Below, piece after piece: positions 9,604-20,100 of a DNA stretch of 43,660 nucleotides. The notes below the pieces were generated by a model that searched no databases, was not told the origin of the DNA, and saw nothing but the letters and a program-made list of their open reading frames with translations. A program made the translations under genes and the position numbers. Source of the DNA: Candidatus Micrarchaeota archaeon (GTDB lineage Archaea > Micrarchaeota > Micrarchaeia > Micrarchaeales > CABMGC01); NCBI GenBank assembly GCA_021848095.1, contig JAJZMZ010000024.1, positions 1 to 43,660 of the forward strand, given 5' to 3'. Numbering within the stretch: position 1 is the stretch's first letter; each line of letters starts with the position of its first letter.

Positions 9604-10569
9604 ATGGCCGAGATAGATCTTTCATGGACAGAGAAGTATAGACCTTCTAAATTAACAGAAGTAATAGGTCAGGATGCGATAGTTGAAAAATTAAAGGCTT
9701 TTGTTAAAATTAAAAGTTTTCCTAGTATGATCTTTGCAGGACCTGCAGGAGTCGGAAAAACTACATCTGCAATAGCAATGGCAAAGGAGTTATATGGGAC
9801 ATCAATAAACGAAGCGTTTCTTGAGCTAAACGCAAGCGACTCGAGAGGTATTGAGGTAGTAAGAGGAAAGGTAAAAGAGTTTGCAAGAACAATTCCTTTA
9901 TCGAGTGGTTTAGTTAAGATAGTATTTCTTGATGAAGCCGATGCTCTCACGCCAGAAGCACAACATGCACTTAGGAGAACTATGGAAAAGTACTCAGCTA
10001 CAACTAGATTTATATTAGGAGCTAACTACTCAAGTAAAATAATAGACCCTATACAAAGTAGGTGTGTTGTTCTTAGATTTAAGCCATTGAAAGAAGAAGA
10101 GATGAAAGCTTATATAAAAAGAGTTGCAGCTTCAGAATCGTTGGATATTGATGAAAAAGCAGTTGAAGCATTACTTTATGTATGTGAAGGAGATTTAAGA
10201 AGATTAACCAATATACTTCAAAGTGCAGCAGTAACTGAAAAAAAGATAACAGAAGCTTCTATTTATGAAATTGCAGCTAGAGCTCGTCCGAAAGAAGTAA
10301 TTGCAATGCTTAGATGTGCAATTTCAGGAGATTTTGAAAAGGCAAGAACAGAGTTAAATACATTAACATTAGTACATGGTATGAGTGGTGAAGATGTACT
10401 AGTACAATGCTATAGAGAAGCTGTTTCTATGGATTTAGATGATAAAAAGAAGCTTCGTTTAATCTCACAGATAGGAGATTGCAATTACAGAATAGTAGAA
10501 GGTGCAAATGATAGAATACAGCTAGAAGCTATGCTAGCAAAGCTTGCTTTATTAGGAGAAAAAGCTTAA
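9604..10569 (+). CDS. rfcS: Replication factor C small subunit
   Basis: WTEKYRP, GPAGVGKT, LELNASDSRG, DEAD, SRC motif; no intein. Confidence 0.97.
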   Translation: MAEIDLSWTEKYRPSKLTEVIGQDAIVEKLKAFVKIKSFPSMIFAGPAGVGKTTSAIAMAKELYGTSINEAFLELNASDSRGIEVVRGKVKEFARTIPLSSGLVKIVFLDEADALTPEAQHALRRTMEKYSATTRFILGANYSSKIIDPIQSRCVVLRFKPLKEEEMKAYIKRVAASESLDIDEKAVEALLYVCEGDLRRLTNILQSAAVTEKKITEASIYEIAARARPKEVIAMLRCAISGDFEKARTELNTLTLVHGMSGEDVLVQCYREAVSMDLDDKKKLRLISQIGDCNYRIVEGANDRIQLEAMLAKLALLGEKA

Positions 10570-10589
10570 TAAAAAATTAAATTAAGTAA

Positions 10590-10778
10590 TTATAATTCTA
10601 ATATACTACTTCCGTTAATGTAGTTACGTTTTCCTTCTCTTAGAATTGGTTTTGTTTTTGAAGGTGTTCTGTCTCTAAGACTGTTTATTAAATCTGAAAA
10701 GTTGCTTGGATCTACGTTTATTCCAATATGCTTTTGAGAGTCTGTTACTGATTTTTTTCCTTGTATTACATTGTTCAT
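10590..10778 (-). CDS. Small hypothetical protein (62 aa)
   Basis: Fills an otherwise empty gap between rfcS and pdhA; ATG start; no homology recognised. Confidence 0.4.
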   Translation of the reverse strand: MNNVIQGKKSVTDSQKHIGINVDPSNFSDLINSLRDRTPSKTKPILREGKRNYINGSSILEL

Positions 10779-10896
10779 ATAATCGTAAAATGTTCTGTTT
10801 ATCCTGATTTATATACTCAAGTTTGCTATTCGTCTTTAAACGATGTAATAAAACATTATTTAAAAAACTACCGATAGAAAACTACCTTAATCATTT

Positions 10897-10911
10897 AGAA
10901 GTATTTAAATA
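10897..10911 (+). promoter_or_regulatory. Putative BRE-TATA promoter of the 2-oxoacid dehydrogenase operon
   Basis: AGAAGTATTTAAATA, followed by a GGTG RBS at 10935-10938 and TTG at 10944. Confidence 0.5.
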
Positions 10912-10943
10912 GTATTATTGTTTTTATATAAATCGGTGTTTTT

Positions 10944-12011
10944 TTGATAAGTGAAGCGTTTAATGGCTCAGTTAAATATCTTCAAATAATGAATGAAGAG
11001 GGAGAAATAGATCAGACAGTTATGCCACAGGACATAAGTGATTCTCAGATTTTAGAGATGTATAAAGGAATGATGCTTGCAAGAGCTGTCGATGCTAAAG
11101 TCCTTAGTCTTCAAAGACAAGGACGTGCAGTAACATATGCACCTTTACTAGGTGAGGAAGCGACACAGATAGGAACAGCAATGGCTATGAGAAAACAAGA
11201 TATCTTTGTTCCAGCTTTTAGACAACATGGAGTATTTATAGAAAGAGGAGTTCCAATGGACTCATTATTCTTATACTGGAGAGGTTTTGAGGAAGGAAAT
11301 GTTTTTCCAAAAGAGCTCAATGCATTTCCAATAATAGTTCCCGTTGCAACGCAGATGCCACATGCTACAGGAATTGCTTTTGCACAACGATATCTTAAAA
11401 AAGACTCGGCCGTTTTAGTTTATGTCGGAGATGGAGGAACTTCAGAAGGAGATTTTTATGAAGCAATTAACTTCGCAGGCGTTTGGAAAGTACCACTAAT
11501 AACAATAATAGAGAATAATCAATGGGCAATTTCACTACCTAGAAATGAACAAACAATGGCAAAAACATTAGCTCAAAAAGCTATAGCAGTAGGTATCGAT
11601 TCTATTCAAGTAGATGGAAATGATGTTTTAGCTGTTTATAAAGCAACTAAAGATGCAATAACAAACTCAAGTAAAGGCCCAATGATAATAGAGTGTGTAA
11701 CATACAGAATGGGTTTACACACTACATCTGATGACCCTACAAAGTACAGAACAGATATTGAGGTAGAAACATGGAAAAAGAAAGATCCTATTGAACGTGT
11801 TAAAAAGTATTTAGTTAAAAAAGGATTATGGAATGATGCAAGAGAACAACAAGAAACTGAAGCAATTTCTAAATTAGTTGATGAATCTGTAGAAAAAGCT
11901 GAAAGATTTAAACCAGATCCTAGAAGTATGTTTAGTACAGTTTACAGCTTTATGCCACAAACACTTCGTGAAGAGTTTGATGAAGCTGAGGCGAATAACT
12001 TTTGGCAGTAG
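10944..12011 (+). CDS. pdhA: 2-oxoacid (pyruvate/branched-chain) dehydrogenase E1 alpha subunit
   Basis: TPP motif GDGGTSEGDFYE...ENNQWAIS; YRMGLHTTSDDP loop; LQRQGR. Confidence 0.95.
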   Translation: MISEAFNGSVKYLQIMNEEGEIDQTVMPQDISDSQILEMYKGMMLARAVDAKVLSLQRQGRAVTYAPLLGEEATQIGTAMAMRKQDIFVPAFRQHGVFIERGVPMDSLFLYWRGFEEGNVFPKELNAFPIIVPVATQMPHATGIAFAQRYLKKDSAVLVYVGDGGTSEGDFYEAINFAGVWKVPLITIIENNQWAISLPRNEQTMAKTLAQKAIAVGIDSIQVDGNDVLAVYKATKDAITNSSKGPMIIECVTYRMGLHTTSDDPTKYRTDIEVETWKKKDPIERVKKYLVKKGLWNDAREQQETEAISKLVDESVEKAERFKPDPRSMFSTVYSFMPQTLREEFDEAEANNFWQ

Positions 12012-12019
12012 GTGTTTTT

Positions 12020-12985
12020 ATGCAAATGAATATGGTTTCTGCACTTAACAATGCATTAGATATAATATTGAAAGAAAATGACAAAGCGTTAATTTTAGGA
12101 GAAGACGTAGGAAAAGACGGTGGTGTTTTCAGAGTTACTGAAGGTTTATTAGAAAAGTATGGTGAAAATAGAGTAGTTGATACACCATTAGCTGAATCAG
12201 GAATTATTGGAACATCTATAGGGATGGCACTTTCAGGTTTACACCCTATATCAGAGATTCAGTTCGCAGGTTTTATGTTCTTAGGTTTTTCACAATTAAT
12301 AAATCACGCTTCTAGATATAGAACTAGAACACGATCTAATATGAGTTTACCAATGGTTGTAAGAACACCTGTAAGTGGAGGTGTCAGAACACTAGAACAT
12401 CACTCAGATAGTCCAGAAACGTACTACTCGCACATTGGTGGTTTAATAGTTGTGGAACCATCTACACCTTATGATGCAAAAGGTTTGCTTATAAAAGCGT
12501 CTAGAATGAATGATCCAGTTGTATTTTTAGAGCCAACAAAACTTTACCGTTTATTTAGAGAAGAAGTTCCTGAAGAACCATATGAAGTTACAATAGGAAA
12601 AGCAAAGGTAGTGAGAGAGGGCAGTAAATTAAGTATAGTTACATATGGAACTATGGTTCCGGTAGTTAAAAGTGTTGTTGAAAAGAAAAAGCTAGATGCT
12701 GAGATAATTGATTTGAGAACTATAAATCCAATAGATGAAAAAACTATTTTAGAAAGTGTTAGTAAAACAGGAAGAGTTGCCATTGTTCACGAAGCATCAT
12801 TAAGTTTTGGCGTAGGAGCGGAGATAGCAGCAAGAATTTCTGAAAAAGCGCTTTATAAATTAAATGCGCCTATTGTAAGAGTAGGTGGAAATAGTTTCCC
12901 ATATCCATATCCAGGATATGAAAACTTCTATGTTCCAAATGAAAAGAAGATATCTTATGCATTGGATAAACTGTTAAAGGGTTGA
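12020..12985 (+). CDS. pdhB: 2-oxoacid dehydrogenase E1 beta subunit
   Basis: GEDVGKDGGVFRVT, DTPLAESGI, EIQF, HHSDS. ATG at 12020 follows a GGTG RBS. Confidence 0.95.
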   Translation: MQMNMVSALNNALDIILKENDKALILGEDVGKDGGVFRVTEGLLEKYGENRVVDTPLAESGIIGTSIGMALSGLHPISEIQFAGFMFLGFSQLINHASRYRTRTRSNMSLPMVVRTPVSGGVRTLEHHSDSPETYYSHIGGLIVVEPSTPYDAKGLLIKASRMNDPVVFLEPTKLYRLFREEVPEEPYEVTIGKAKVVREGSKLSIVTYGTMVPVVKSVVEKKKLDAEIIDLRTINPIDEKTILESVSKTGRVAIVHEASLSFGVGAEIAARISEKALYKLNAPIVRVGGNSFPYPYPGYENFYVPNEKKISYALDKLLKG

Positions 12986-12988
12986 GTT

Positions 12989-14353
12989 ATGAAAGAGTTA
13001 AAATTTGTTGATGTTGGAGAAGGAATAACAGAGGGAAATATTAAAAAATGGTTGTTCAAAGACGGAGATTCGGTAAAAGAAGATACAACTATAGTACAGA
13101 TAGAAACTGACAAAGCAGTAGTAAATATACCTGCACCAGTATCTGGTAAGTTAAAGATAGTTGCAAAAGAAAATACAACACTTAAGACAGGAGATACAAT
13201 AGCATTTGTAGGAGATGATGTTTCTACAACAACACCTCAACAAACAACACAAGGACCATCAAGTAGTGTTATCAGTAAGGCAATACACGAACAAGAAAGT
13301 ATCAAGGAGTTTGGTTTTGCGCCGGATTCTGATGCTGCAATTAATGCTCCTTCAACTAGCACAGCACAGCCACAAAAAACTACGACACAACCGCAAACAA
13401 ACATAAATCAACAACAAACAAATACAATTCAACCACAAATGAATACAACAAAGCAACAACAAAAAACAGAGGTCATTGCAACACCAGGCGTAAGAAAACT
13501 TGCAAGAGACTTGAATATTGATATAAATACAGTAAAAGGAACAGGTCCTAATGGAAAGATACTTGAAAATGATGTTAGATCCGCTTCAATAAGTACAAAT
13601 AAGAAAACATCAATCCCTAAGTTTTCAGAAACATTAGAAAAGTCACACACAGAAGATATTGAAAGAGTTCCATTAACACAAACAAGAAAAGCAATAGCAA
13701 AGAATATGGAGTTATCATGGTCAATACCAAGAGCAGTGCATATGGATCACATAGATGTAACAAATCTTTACGATTTAGTAAAAAGGGAAAAGGAGAACAT
13801 GGCTAAAAGAAATGTAAAGCTTACTTTCTTACCATTTATAATTAAGGCAACAATAGAAGCAATTAAAGAGAATCCACGATTTAACTCTAGTTATGATCAT
13901 GAAAAACTTGAGATAATATTAAAAAAATATTACAATATAGGATTAGCAGCACAAGGTCCTGATGGATTAAAGGTTGTAGTTATAAAAAATTCTGAGAAGA
14001 AGAATATTTCAGATATTGCAAAAGAGATACAAATGTTGTCAGAGAAAGTTAAAAAAGCAGAGGTTTCATTAGAGGATATGTCAGACTCAACATTTACTAT
14101 AACCAATATAGGAAGTTTAGGAGGAGGAGATTTTTCAGTCCCAATGATAAATTATCCTGAAGTTGCAATATTAGGAATACATCTAATAAGAGATACACCT
14201 GTAGTCAAAGATGGTGAGATTCAAATAAGAAAAATACTTCCATTTTCACTTACATTTGATCACAGAGTAGTTGATGGAGCTGATGCAGTAGCTTTTGGTA
14301 ATGCACTGAAAAGATATCTAGAGGATCCTGATTTTCTAGAGTTAATTGCTTAG
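12989..14353 (+). CDS. pdhC: Dihydrolipoamide acyltransferase E2
   Basis: Single lipoyl domain (ETDKAVV), E3-binding domain (ATPGVRKLAR..GTGPNG), catalytic DHRVVDGA. Confidence 0.96.
   Translation: MKELKFVDVGEGITEGNIKKWLFKDGDSVKEDTTIVQIETDKAVVNIPAPVSGKLKIVAKENTTLKTGDTIAFVGDDVSTTTPQQTTQGPSSSVISKAIHEQESIKEFGFAPDSDAAINAPSTSTAQPQKTTTQPQTNINQQQTNTIQPQMNTTKQQQKTEVIATPGVRKLARDLNIDINTVKGTGPNGKILENDVRSASISTNKKTSIPKFSETLEKSHTEDIERVPLTQTRKAIAKNMELSWSIPRAVHMDHIDVTNLYDLVKREKENMAKRNVKLTFLPFIIKATIEAIKENPRFNSSYDHEKLEIILKKYYNIGLAAQGPDGLKVVVIKNSEKKNISDIAKEIQMLSEKVKKAEVSLEDMSDSTFTITNIGSLGGGDFSVPMINYPEVAILGIHLIRDTPVVKDGEIQIRKILPFSLTFDHRVVDGADAVAFGNALKRYLEDPDFLELIA
13367..13471 (+). repeat. Imperfect 21-bp (7-aa) tandem repeat x5 in the E2 linker
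   Basis: QPQKTTT / QPQTNIN / QQQTNTI / QPQMNTT / KQQQKTE. Confidence 0.6.
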
Positions 14354-14361
14354 TTGATTTT

Positions 14362-15741
14362 ATGGTAATGGGCTCTATACCTGAAAAAGTAAATCTTGCA
14401 ATAGTAGGTGGTGGTGTAGGAGGTTATGTCGCGGCTATACGCGCCGCTGAGCTAGGTCTTTCAGTAATTATAATAGAAAAGGACAAGATGGGTGGCCATT
14501 GCTTAAACTATGCGTGTATACCGTCTAAAACACTATTGCACATTGCTGATATATACCACAAAGCAAAGAACTCACAAAACTTCGGAATAGAAGCTGAGCC
14601 AAAAATAAATGCACAAAAAATATTAGAGTGGAGAATGGGCGTTTCTGAAAAGCTAGAAAAAGGTGTAGAATTTTTATGTAACTCTAATGGAATAGAGATA
14701 GTAAAAGGCGGAGCAACATTCATATCCTCTCAAAAGTTACAGATAACTAATGGAACTGAGATTGATTTTGATACCGCAATAATAGCAACCGGTTCTGTCC
14801 CAGTAGAGTTAAAGGGCTTTGAGTTTAATGACTACATACTTGACTATAAAAAAGCATTAATGCTTTCAACAATACCTAAAACATTAACAATAATAGGAGC
14901 AGGATATGTTGCAGTAGAGTTAGCTACACTTTATGCTAAGCTTGGTGTTTCTGTTTCTATACTTGCACGATCAACTATTCTATCACATTTTGATCCTGAA
15001 GCTGTTTCAATAATAGAAAAAAGCCTTGAAAAGTTAAATGTTAAAATTTACAAAAACTCAGTTCCTGAGTCACATACACAAACCTCAATTAAATTGAAGT
15101 CAGGAGAAGAAATACCGCACGAGTTAGTTGTTGTAGCAGTAGGATTAAAACCATACACTGATAATTTAGGTTTAGAAAATACTAAAGTAGTTGTAGATCA
15201 AAAAGGTTTCATAACTGTCGGACAATCGTTAAACACAGCAGATGAAAAGATATTAGCAATTGGAGATGTTATAGGGGAACCGATGCTTGCACATAAATCA
15301 ATGAGACAAGGGGTCATCGCGGCAGAGGTAGCTGCTGGAAAAAATGCCGGTTTCGACAATGTCGTAATACCAGCAGTTGTATTTTCAGACCCAGAAATTG
15401 GAATAGCAGGAGATGTTTCTGAAAAAACAGGAATTTACATTAAAAAGTTCCCATTAACTGCACTTGGAAGAGCAATAGCAATGAACAAAACAGATGGCTT
15501 TGTTAAGATTGCATATGATAAAAATAAAGTAGTGAAAGGTATTGAAATTGTATCGTCTGATGCAAATGCAATGGTTGCTGAAGCTGCGTTAGCCATAGAG
15601 ATGGGTGCAACATTAGAAGACATTGCAGATACAATACATCCTCATCCAACATATACTGAACAAATACAGGAAGTAGCAGAAGCAGGTTTAGGAAGACCAA
15701 TACATTTCTTTTATGGAAAAAATAATGAAAATGGTAAATAA
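14362..15741 (+). CDS. lpdA: Dihydrolipoamide dehydrogenase E3 (NADP-type fingerprint)
   Basis: FAD GGGVGG, redox disulfide GGHCLNYACIPSK, C-terminal HPHPTYTE; position in the E1/E2 operon. Confidence 0.95.
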   Translation: MVMGSIPEKVNLAIVGGGVGGYVAAIRAAELGLSVIIIEKDKMGGHCLNYACIPSKTLLHIADIYHKAKNSQNFGIEAEPKINAQKILEWRMGVSEKLEKGVEFLCNSNGIEIVKGGATFISSQKLQITNGTEIDFDTAIIATGSVPVELKGFEFNDYILDYKKALMLSTIPKTLTIIGAGYVAVELATLYAKLGVSVSILARSTILSHFDPEAVSIIEKSLEKLNVKIYKNSVPESHTQTSIKLKSGEEIPHELVVVAVGLKPYTDNLGLENTKVVVDQKGFITVGQSLNTADEKILAIGDVIGEPMLAHKSMRQGVIAAEVAAGKNAGFDNVVIPAVVFSDPEIGIAGDVSEKTGIYIKKFPLTALGRAIAMNKTDGFVKIAYDKNKVVKGIEIVSSDANAMVAEAALAIEMGATLEDIADTIHPHPTYTEQIQEVAEAGLGRPIHFFYGKNNENGK

Positions 15742-15743
15742 GT

Positions 15744-16511
15744 ATGAACGTATCTCTTTTCACTAAAAAAAAGTATCCAGAAATAGAAAGAAAGATAAGA
15801 AGTAACTTTGAGGTAGTAAAAAACGGAGAGATTTGCATAGCAATAGGAGGAGATGGTACATTTATTCATGCAGCACAAAAAACTTCCTGTCCCATACTTT
15901 TAATACGGGATAATACTGATGATAGTACAGGCTATTACTCAGATTTAGGAGTAGATAGAATTGATGAAGTAATACATTTATTAAAAAATAAAAATTATCA
16001 TGTTGAATTATTAGGTAAAAAACTTCTCTTAACGTATAAAAATAAAAAATATTATGCAATTAACGAGTGTTACTTATCAAACAGTGTTGGGGAAGTAAGC
16101 TTCAAAGTTTATGAGATCATAAACAACAAGCGTCAACATATATACCCATTTGTTGTAGGAGGAGATGGAGTTATAATAAGTAGTAAAATAGGTTCTACAG
16201 CTTATAATAGAAGTGCAGGAGGGCCTATACTTCTTGAGAATAATCTTTTTTGTATTACATTTATTAATCCCGATGGACCTTATAGAAACGCGCTTGTAGT
16301 AAACTCAAATAAAACAATTGAGATAGAGATTTCAAAGTATGAAGGAGTTCTAAGGTATGATAACTTTACTGTTGGTACTATTAGAAAAGGGGATTCTTTT
16401 AGAGTGAAATCCTCTGAAAAAGAAATTAAAATAATTAAGTTAAATGGAATTTACGAAACGTTCGGGGATAAATTAAAAAGAGTAATAAAAAGCAAGATGC
16501 AAAACGCATAG
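15744..16511 (+). CDS. nadK: NAD kinase
   Basis: GGDGT, NE motif (AINE), DGVIISS..GSTAYNRSAGGP. Confidence 0.9.
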   Translation: MNVSLFTKKKYPEIERKIRSNFEVVKNGEICIAIGGDGTFIHAAQKTSCPILLIRDNTDDSTGYYSDLGVDRIDEVIHLLKNKNYHVELLGKKLLLTYKNKKYYAINECYLSNSVGEVSFKVYEIINNKRQHIYPFVVGGDGVIISSKIGSTAYNRSAGGPILLENNLFCITFINPDGPYRNALVVNSNKTIEIEISKYEGVLRYDNFTVGTIRKGDSFRVKSSEKEIKIIKLNGIYETFGDKLKRVIKSKMQNA

Positions 16512-16549
16512 AATAAAGTAAACTTTTTATTTTTTTATTAAATAAATAT

Positions 16550-17182
16550 TTAAGTTGTTTGAGAACTTATTATATTCACTAGTGCAGGAATTGTGTAATT
16601 TGTAACTGAAGATGCGCTATAATTTCCAGTTGATAAAATAACTGCAAAGTAATTTTTATAATATCCTAAAATAAGAAATGATTTTACATTTCCATTATAA
16701 ATACGATAAAGTTCAGAATAATTTACGCCATTGTATGTTTTATTGTAAATTGGAGAGTATTGATGTGTTATTAACTCGTGATTTAAAGTGCTGTGATAAT
16801 TATTTGAAGCAGATGTATTAAGAATTGATATTAACTCTAATACCGAGTTAGACCCATAATATGCTACCTTCACTCCGCTTGTTATGTTTCTATTTGAGAT
16901 GTTTAAGTTATATAATTGGTTAATAAGTGTAATATTTCTAATTGTACTACTCCTCGTTAAGTTAAAATAATGATATGAACCTGAACCAACAGCAGAGCTA
17001 AGCTTGACATTTATTGGAACATTATTTATACCGTTTGAACTTTGATGTTGTACATTGTAATTAGTGCTAATCACATATGCAATTATTGAAAAAATAACTA
17101 TAACTAAAATTACAGCAATTGCAACATTCTTTTTAGAGTGTTTTGCTTTTGAATCAATATTGTTTATATTTGAGTTATACAT
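16550..17182 (-). CDS. Membrane-anchored Asn/Ser/Tyr-rich surface protein
   Basis: ATG at 17182 with GTGA RBS; basic residues then one TM (NVAIAVILVIVIFSIIAYVI); many N-x-S/T sequons. Confidence 0.7.
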   Translation of the reverse strand: MYNSNINNIDSKAKHSKKNVAIAVILVIVIFSIIAYVISTNYNVQHQSSNGINNVPINVKLSSAVGSGSYHYFNLTRSSTIRNITLINQLYNLNISNRNITSGVKVAYYGSNSVLELISILNTSASNNYHSTLNHELITHQYSPIYNKTYNGVNYSELYRIYNGNVKSFLILGYYKNYFAVILSTGNYSASSVTNYTIPALVNIISSQTT

Positions 17183-17186
17183 AATA

Positions 17187-20100
17187 TCACGGTAAAGGTT
17201 GCGCATTTGTAGATATTGCAATTCTTTGATAAGTCATATCGCCTAATCCGTTTGAACCATAGCCAAATTCAGTTCCGATAGGCAATGTGAATGTGCCCGT
17301 ATTAGCAAAGGAAACATTAAACTCGCCACTAGGTCCATTTTCAAATGTAGAGTTATAAGTAATTAGATCATAAATACTGTATACTGAACCTCCATTAGTA
17401 ACACTAGCAATACCAGAATATAAGTACTTACCATCCGGAGATACTATCATTTCTCCAGGTCCGCCAGTAAAACAACCACCACCATTGGCACCTGAATCAT
17501 AGTTTATTTTAACTATTTTTTGAAGTTGTGTATTTATCGTTGCAATTGCGCAATTAGAAAATGGAGTTGAATAACCTACAAAAACAAATGTTCCGTTAGT
17601 TGTAGATGTCATAGCATCTCTTTTGTTGTTGTAAATGGTATCATAGAAATTAAAATGAGGAAGTGATATCGTACTGAAAGCATTTGTATTCTTATTGTAT
17701 ATTGCAACTTCTCCGTTTTCTGGACTTAACATGTAAACATATGGTGTATTATTAACTGGAACTACAGGAGGATTTGTTAAAATTGAGTTAGTTGATTGAG
17801 ATAATAATCCCGAATCAGTTACTGTCCAATAACTATAAGTTATAAACTCATTTGGACTAGGTGGCGAAGAACAACTAAAAGCTCCGGCATCTCCAGTGCC
17901 CGCGGCGGTTTGAGTATCACTATTCCCATTTGCATTGTATGTTGAAGCTATAGTATCATTTAATGGATAATTGAAAACTATTTGAGCTGCCGTTGCGCCC
18001 ATACCTCCAGGAGCAGGACCAGGAGCATCACTATAATCATCTTGAAGTTGAGTTTGATAAGATAATACAGTCATATCGTTATTTTTTTCAAGCATTCCAT
18101 TTATATAAACAGTAGAAGTTGATGCAAAACCATAATTTGCTTCAGCAGCACAAACAGAACCAGAAGATGAGGACATAGATGAAAAAGCATCTATTGTTTG
18201 ATAAGGGGTTAGATATAAGTTTCCTGCAGCGCAAGGACCTCCTGAAGGGCAGTTTGCAGCTTGAGAATTACTAGTTGTTGCAGCCATACCAGATAAAATA
18301 ACATTTGTTGGAAACACTTGGGATAAAGTTTGAGCATAAAACTCGTAATTTACACTTCCTGAAGGGTATATTGAGAAGAAATTTCCATTTGGTTGTGAAA
18401 AATCAGCCACCATTGGTAAATAATACGTACTTGTTTCAGGAGTCATTGGATAACCAGAGTTATAAAAGTATGAAATTTGCGCTTCTGGCGCTACAATATT
18501 TGAGTTAACAATATTTTGTGTAGTATTAGCAGTAGTCAATAACGCTTGTCCATCATTTATAGTATTGCCAGTGTAGTTATAACCTCCAATTCTTAAGTTA
18601 TTTCCATCATAAAGTAATGCAGTAGGAGAAAATGTAGATGGTAATGTAACATTTTCTTTGTTTATTAAGTATGCACTGCTTATAATACTAACCTGTCCAA
18701 AGTTTGTAGAACCTGGATTATAATAATTTCCTGATTTCTGAGCGCCTGTTGTGTATATATTGTAGTTATTTTGTGGTGCGTATACAATGTCTGCATTTCC
18801 ATAAGTTTTAGGAGTATTTAAGTTATTTTCTAGGCCCAGAACACCATCTTGAGAACCTGATTTAAGATTATAAATTTCATAAAAGTTTCCAGAACCTACC
18901 GTTGTGCTTACATATAAATCAGTACTATTTGCACTTGAAACAAAGTTATATTGTGAGCCCGTAGCTAATGGAATAGAATCGGGATAATTAACGTAGGGAT
19001 CAGTGGATCTGAAGTTCTGAACACTCTTTACACTGGAAACGCCACTTCCACTTACTGGAAATGTGTATACGGTTTCGTTTGATAGTACAACATAAAGATC
19101 AGTAAGATTACTACTTAATGTTGCACCAACAGTATAGTTACTTAAAGATAATGCTACGTTTGTGTAGTTTATCTTTAACGATGTTGTGTTAAATGATGCT
19201 ATTGACGAGTTGTATTCAGATGAAGATGTTCCATTGACCATTGCAAAGTACATAAAGTTTCCATCTGTTACCATATTTATTATTCCAGAAGCAGAACCTA
19301 TTGAAGGTCCGAATTTGTTTATTAATATATTTGCTGCCATTGAGTTATTTTTGGTGGTATTTAATACATATAAATTAGTTGAGTTTGAAATAAAAGCATA
19401 ATTACCTAACATTATGAAACTTGTGAAGTAAGGATTATATGCTGCATCTGAAGCCGATGATCCGATAATATTAGTTAAGTTTTTAACTTGTATTTTATTG
19501 TAAGTGTAGAATAAATTAGAGGATGTCATAGCATCTTGCAAATCAGTTTTATTGATTATTACTAAATATGGGCCTTCTGGTGTATTAAAAGCTGATGATG
19601 TCCCTCCTATTAAGATGTAAAGTGAACCTGATGAGTTAAACTGCATTGAATAGCCATCTCCAGAAGCTACTCCTTGAATTATAGTCGTATTTGCAGTTGA
19701 GTTTGCTATTAAAGCTTCCTTAACTACTGATTCAGTAGATGTATTTATTATTACTAGAGCAGCTGTGAAACTGCTATTTCCATCATTATAAAACTTAGAT
19801 AAGTCATAAACATAACCGTCTCTAGAAACTGTAATGTAATTGTGATTAGATTCATAGTATGAGCTACCTATACTGTTCAACACATTGTTGTGGTACATAT
19901 CGCTTACTAGCCCTATCGTTTGTCCACCGTTATTATTGCTGTAGAAATAAGTATCCTTTGATGGATAGGTATAAGCTGGAACTGGATAATAGAAACCTGT
20001 TTGTTTATTGAAGTTTGCCGTTTCCACCGTATTGTCACTCATAGTTAAGGTGTTTGTTGATGCTGTTCCTGCATAACATCCTATACCAGTACAAGTCCAA

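Noticed and set aside
14362-15741. Re-annotating E3 as mercuric or glutathione reductase
   Set aside because: No C-terminal CC pair as in MerA; it retains the HPHPT..E dyad and sits in a complete E1/E2 operon.
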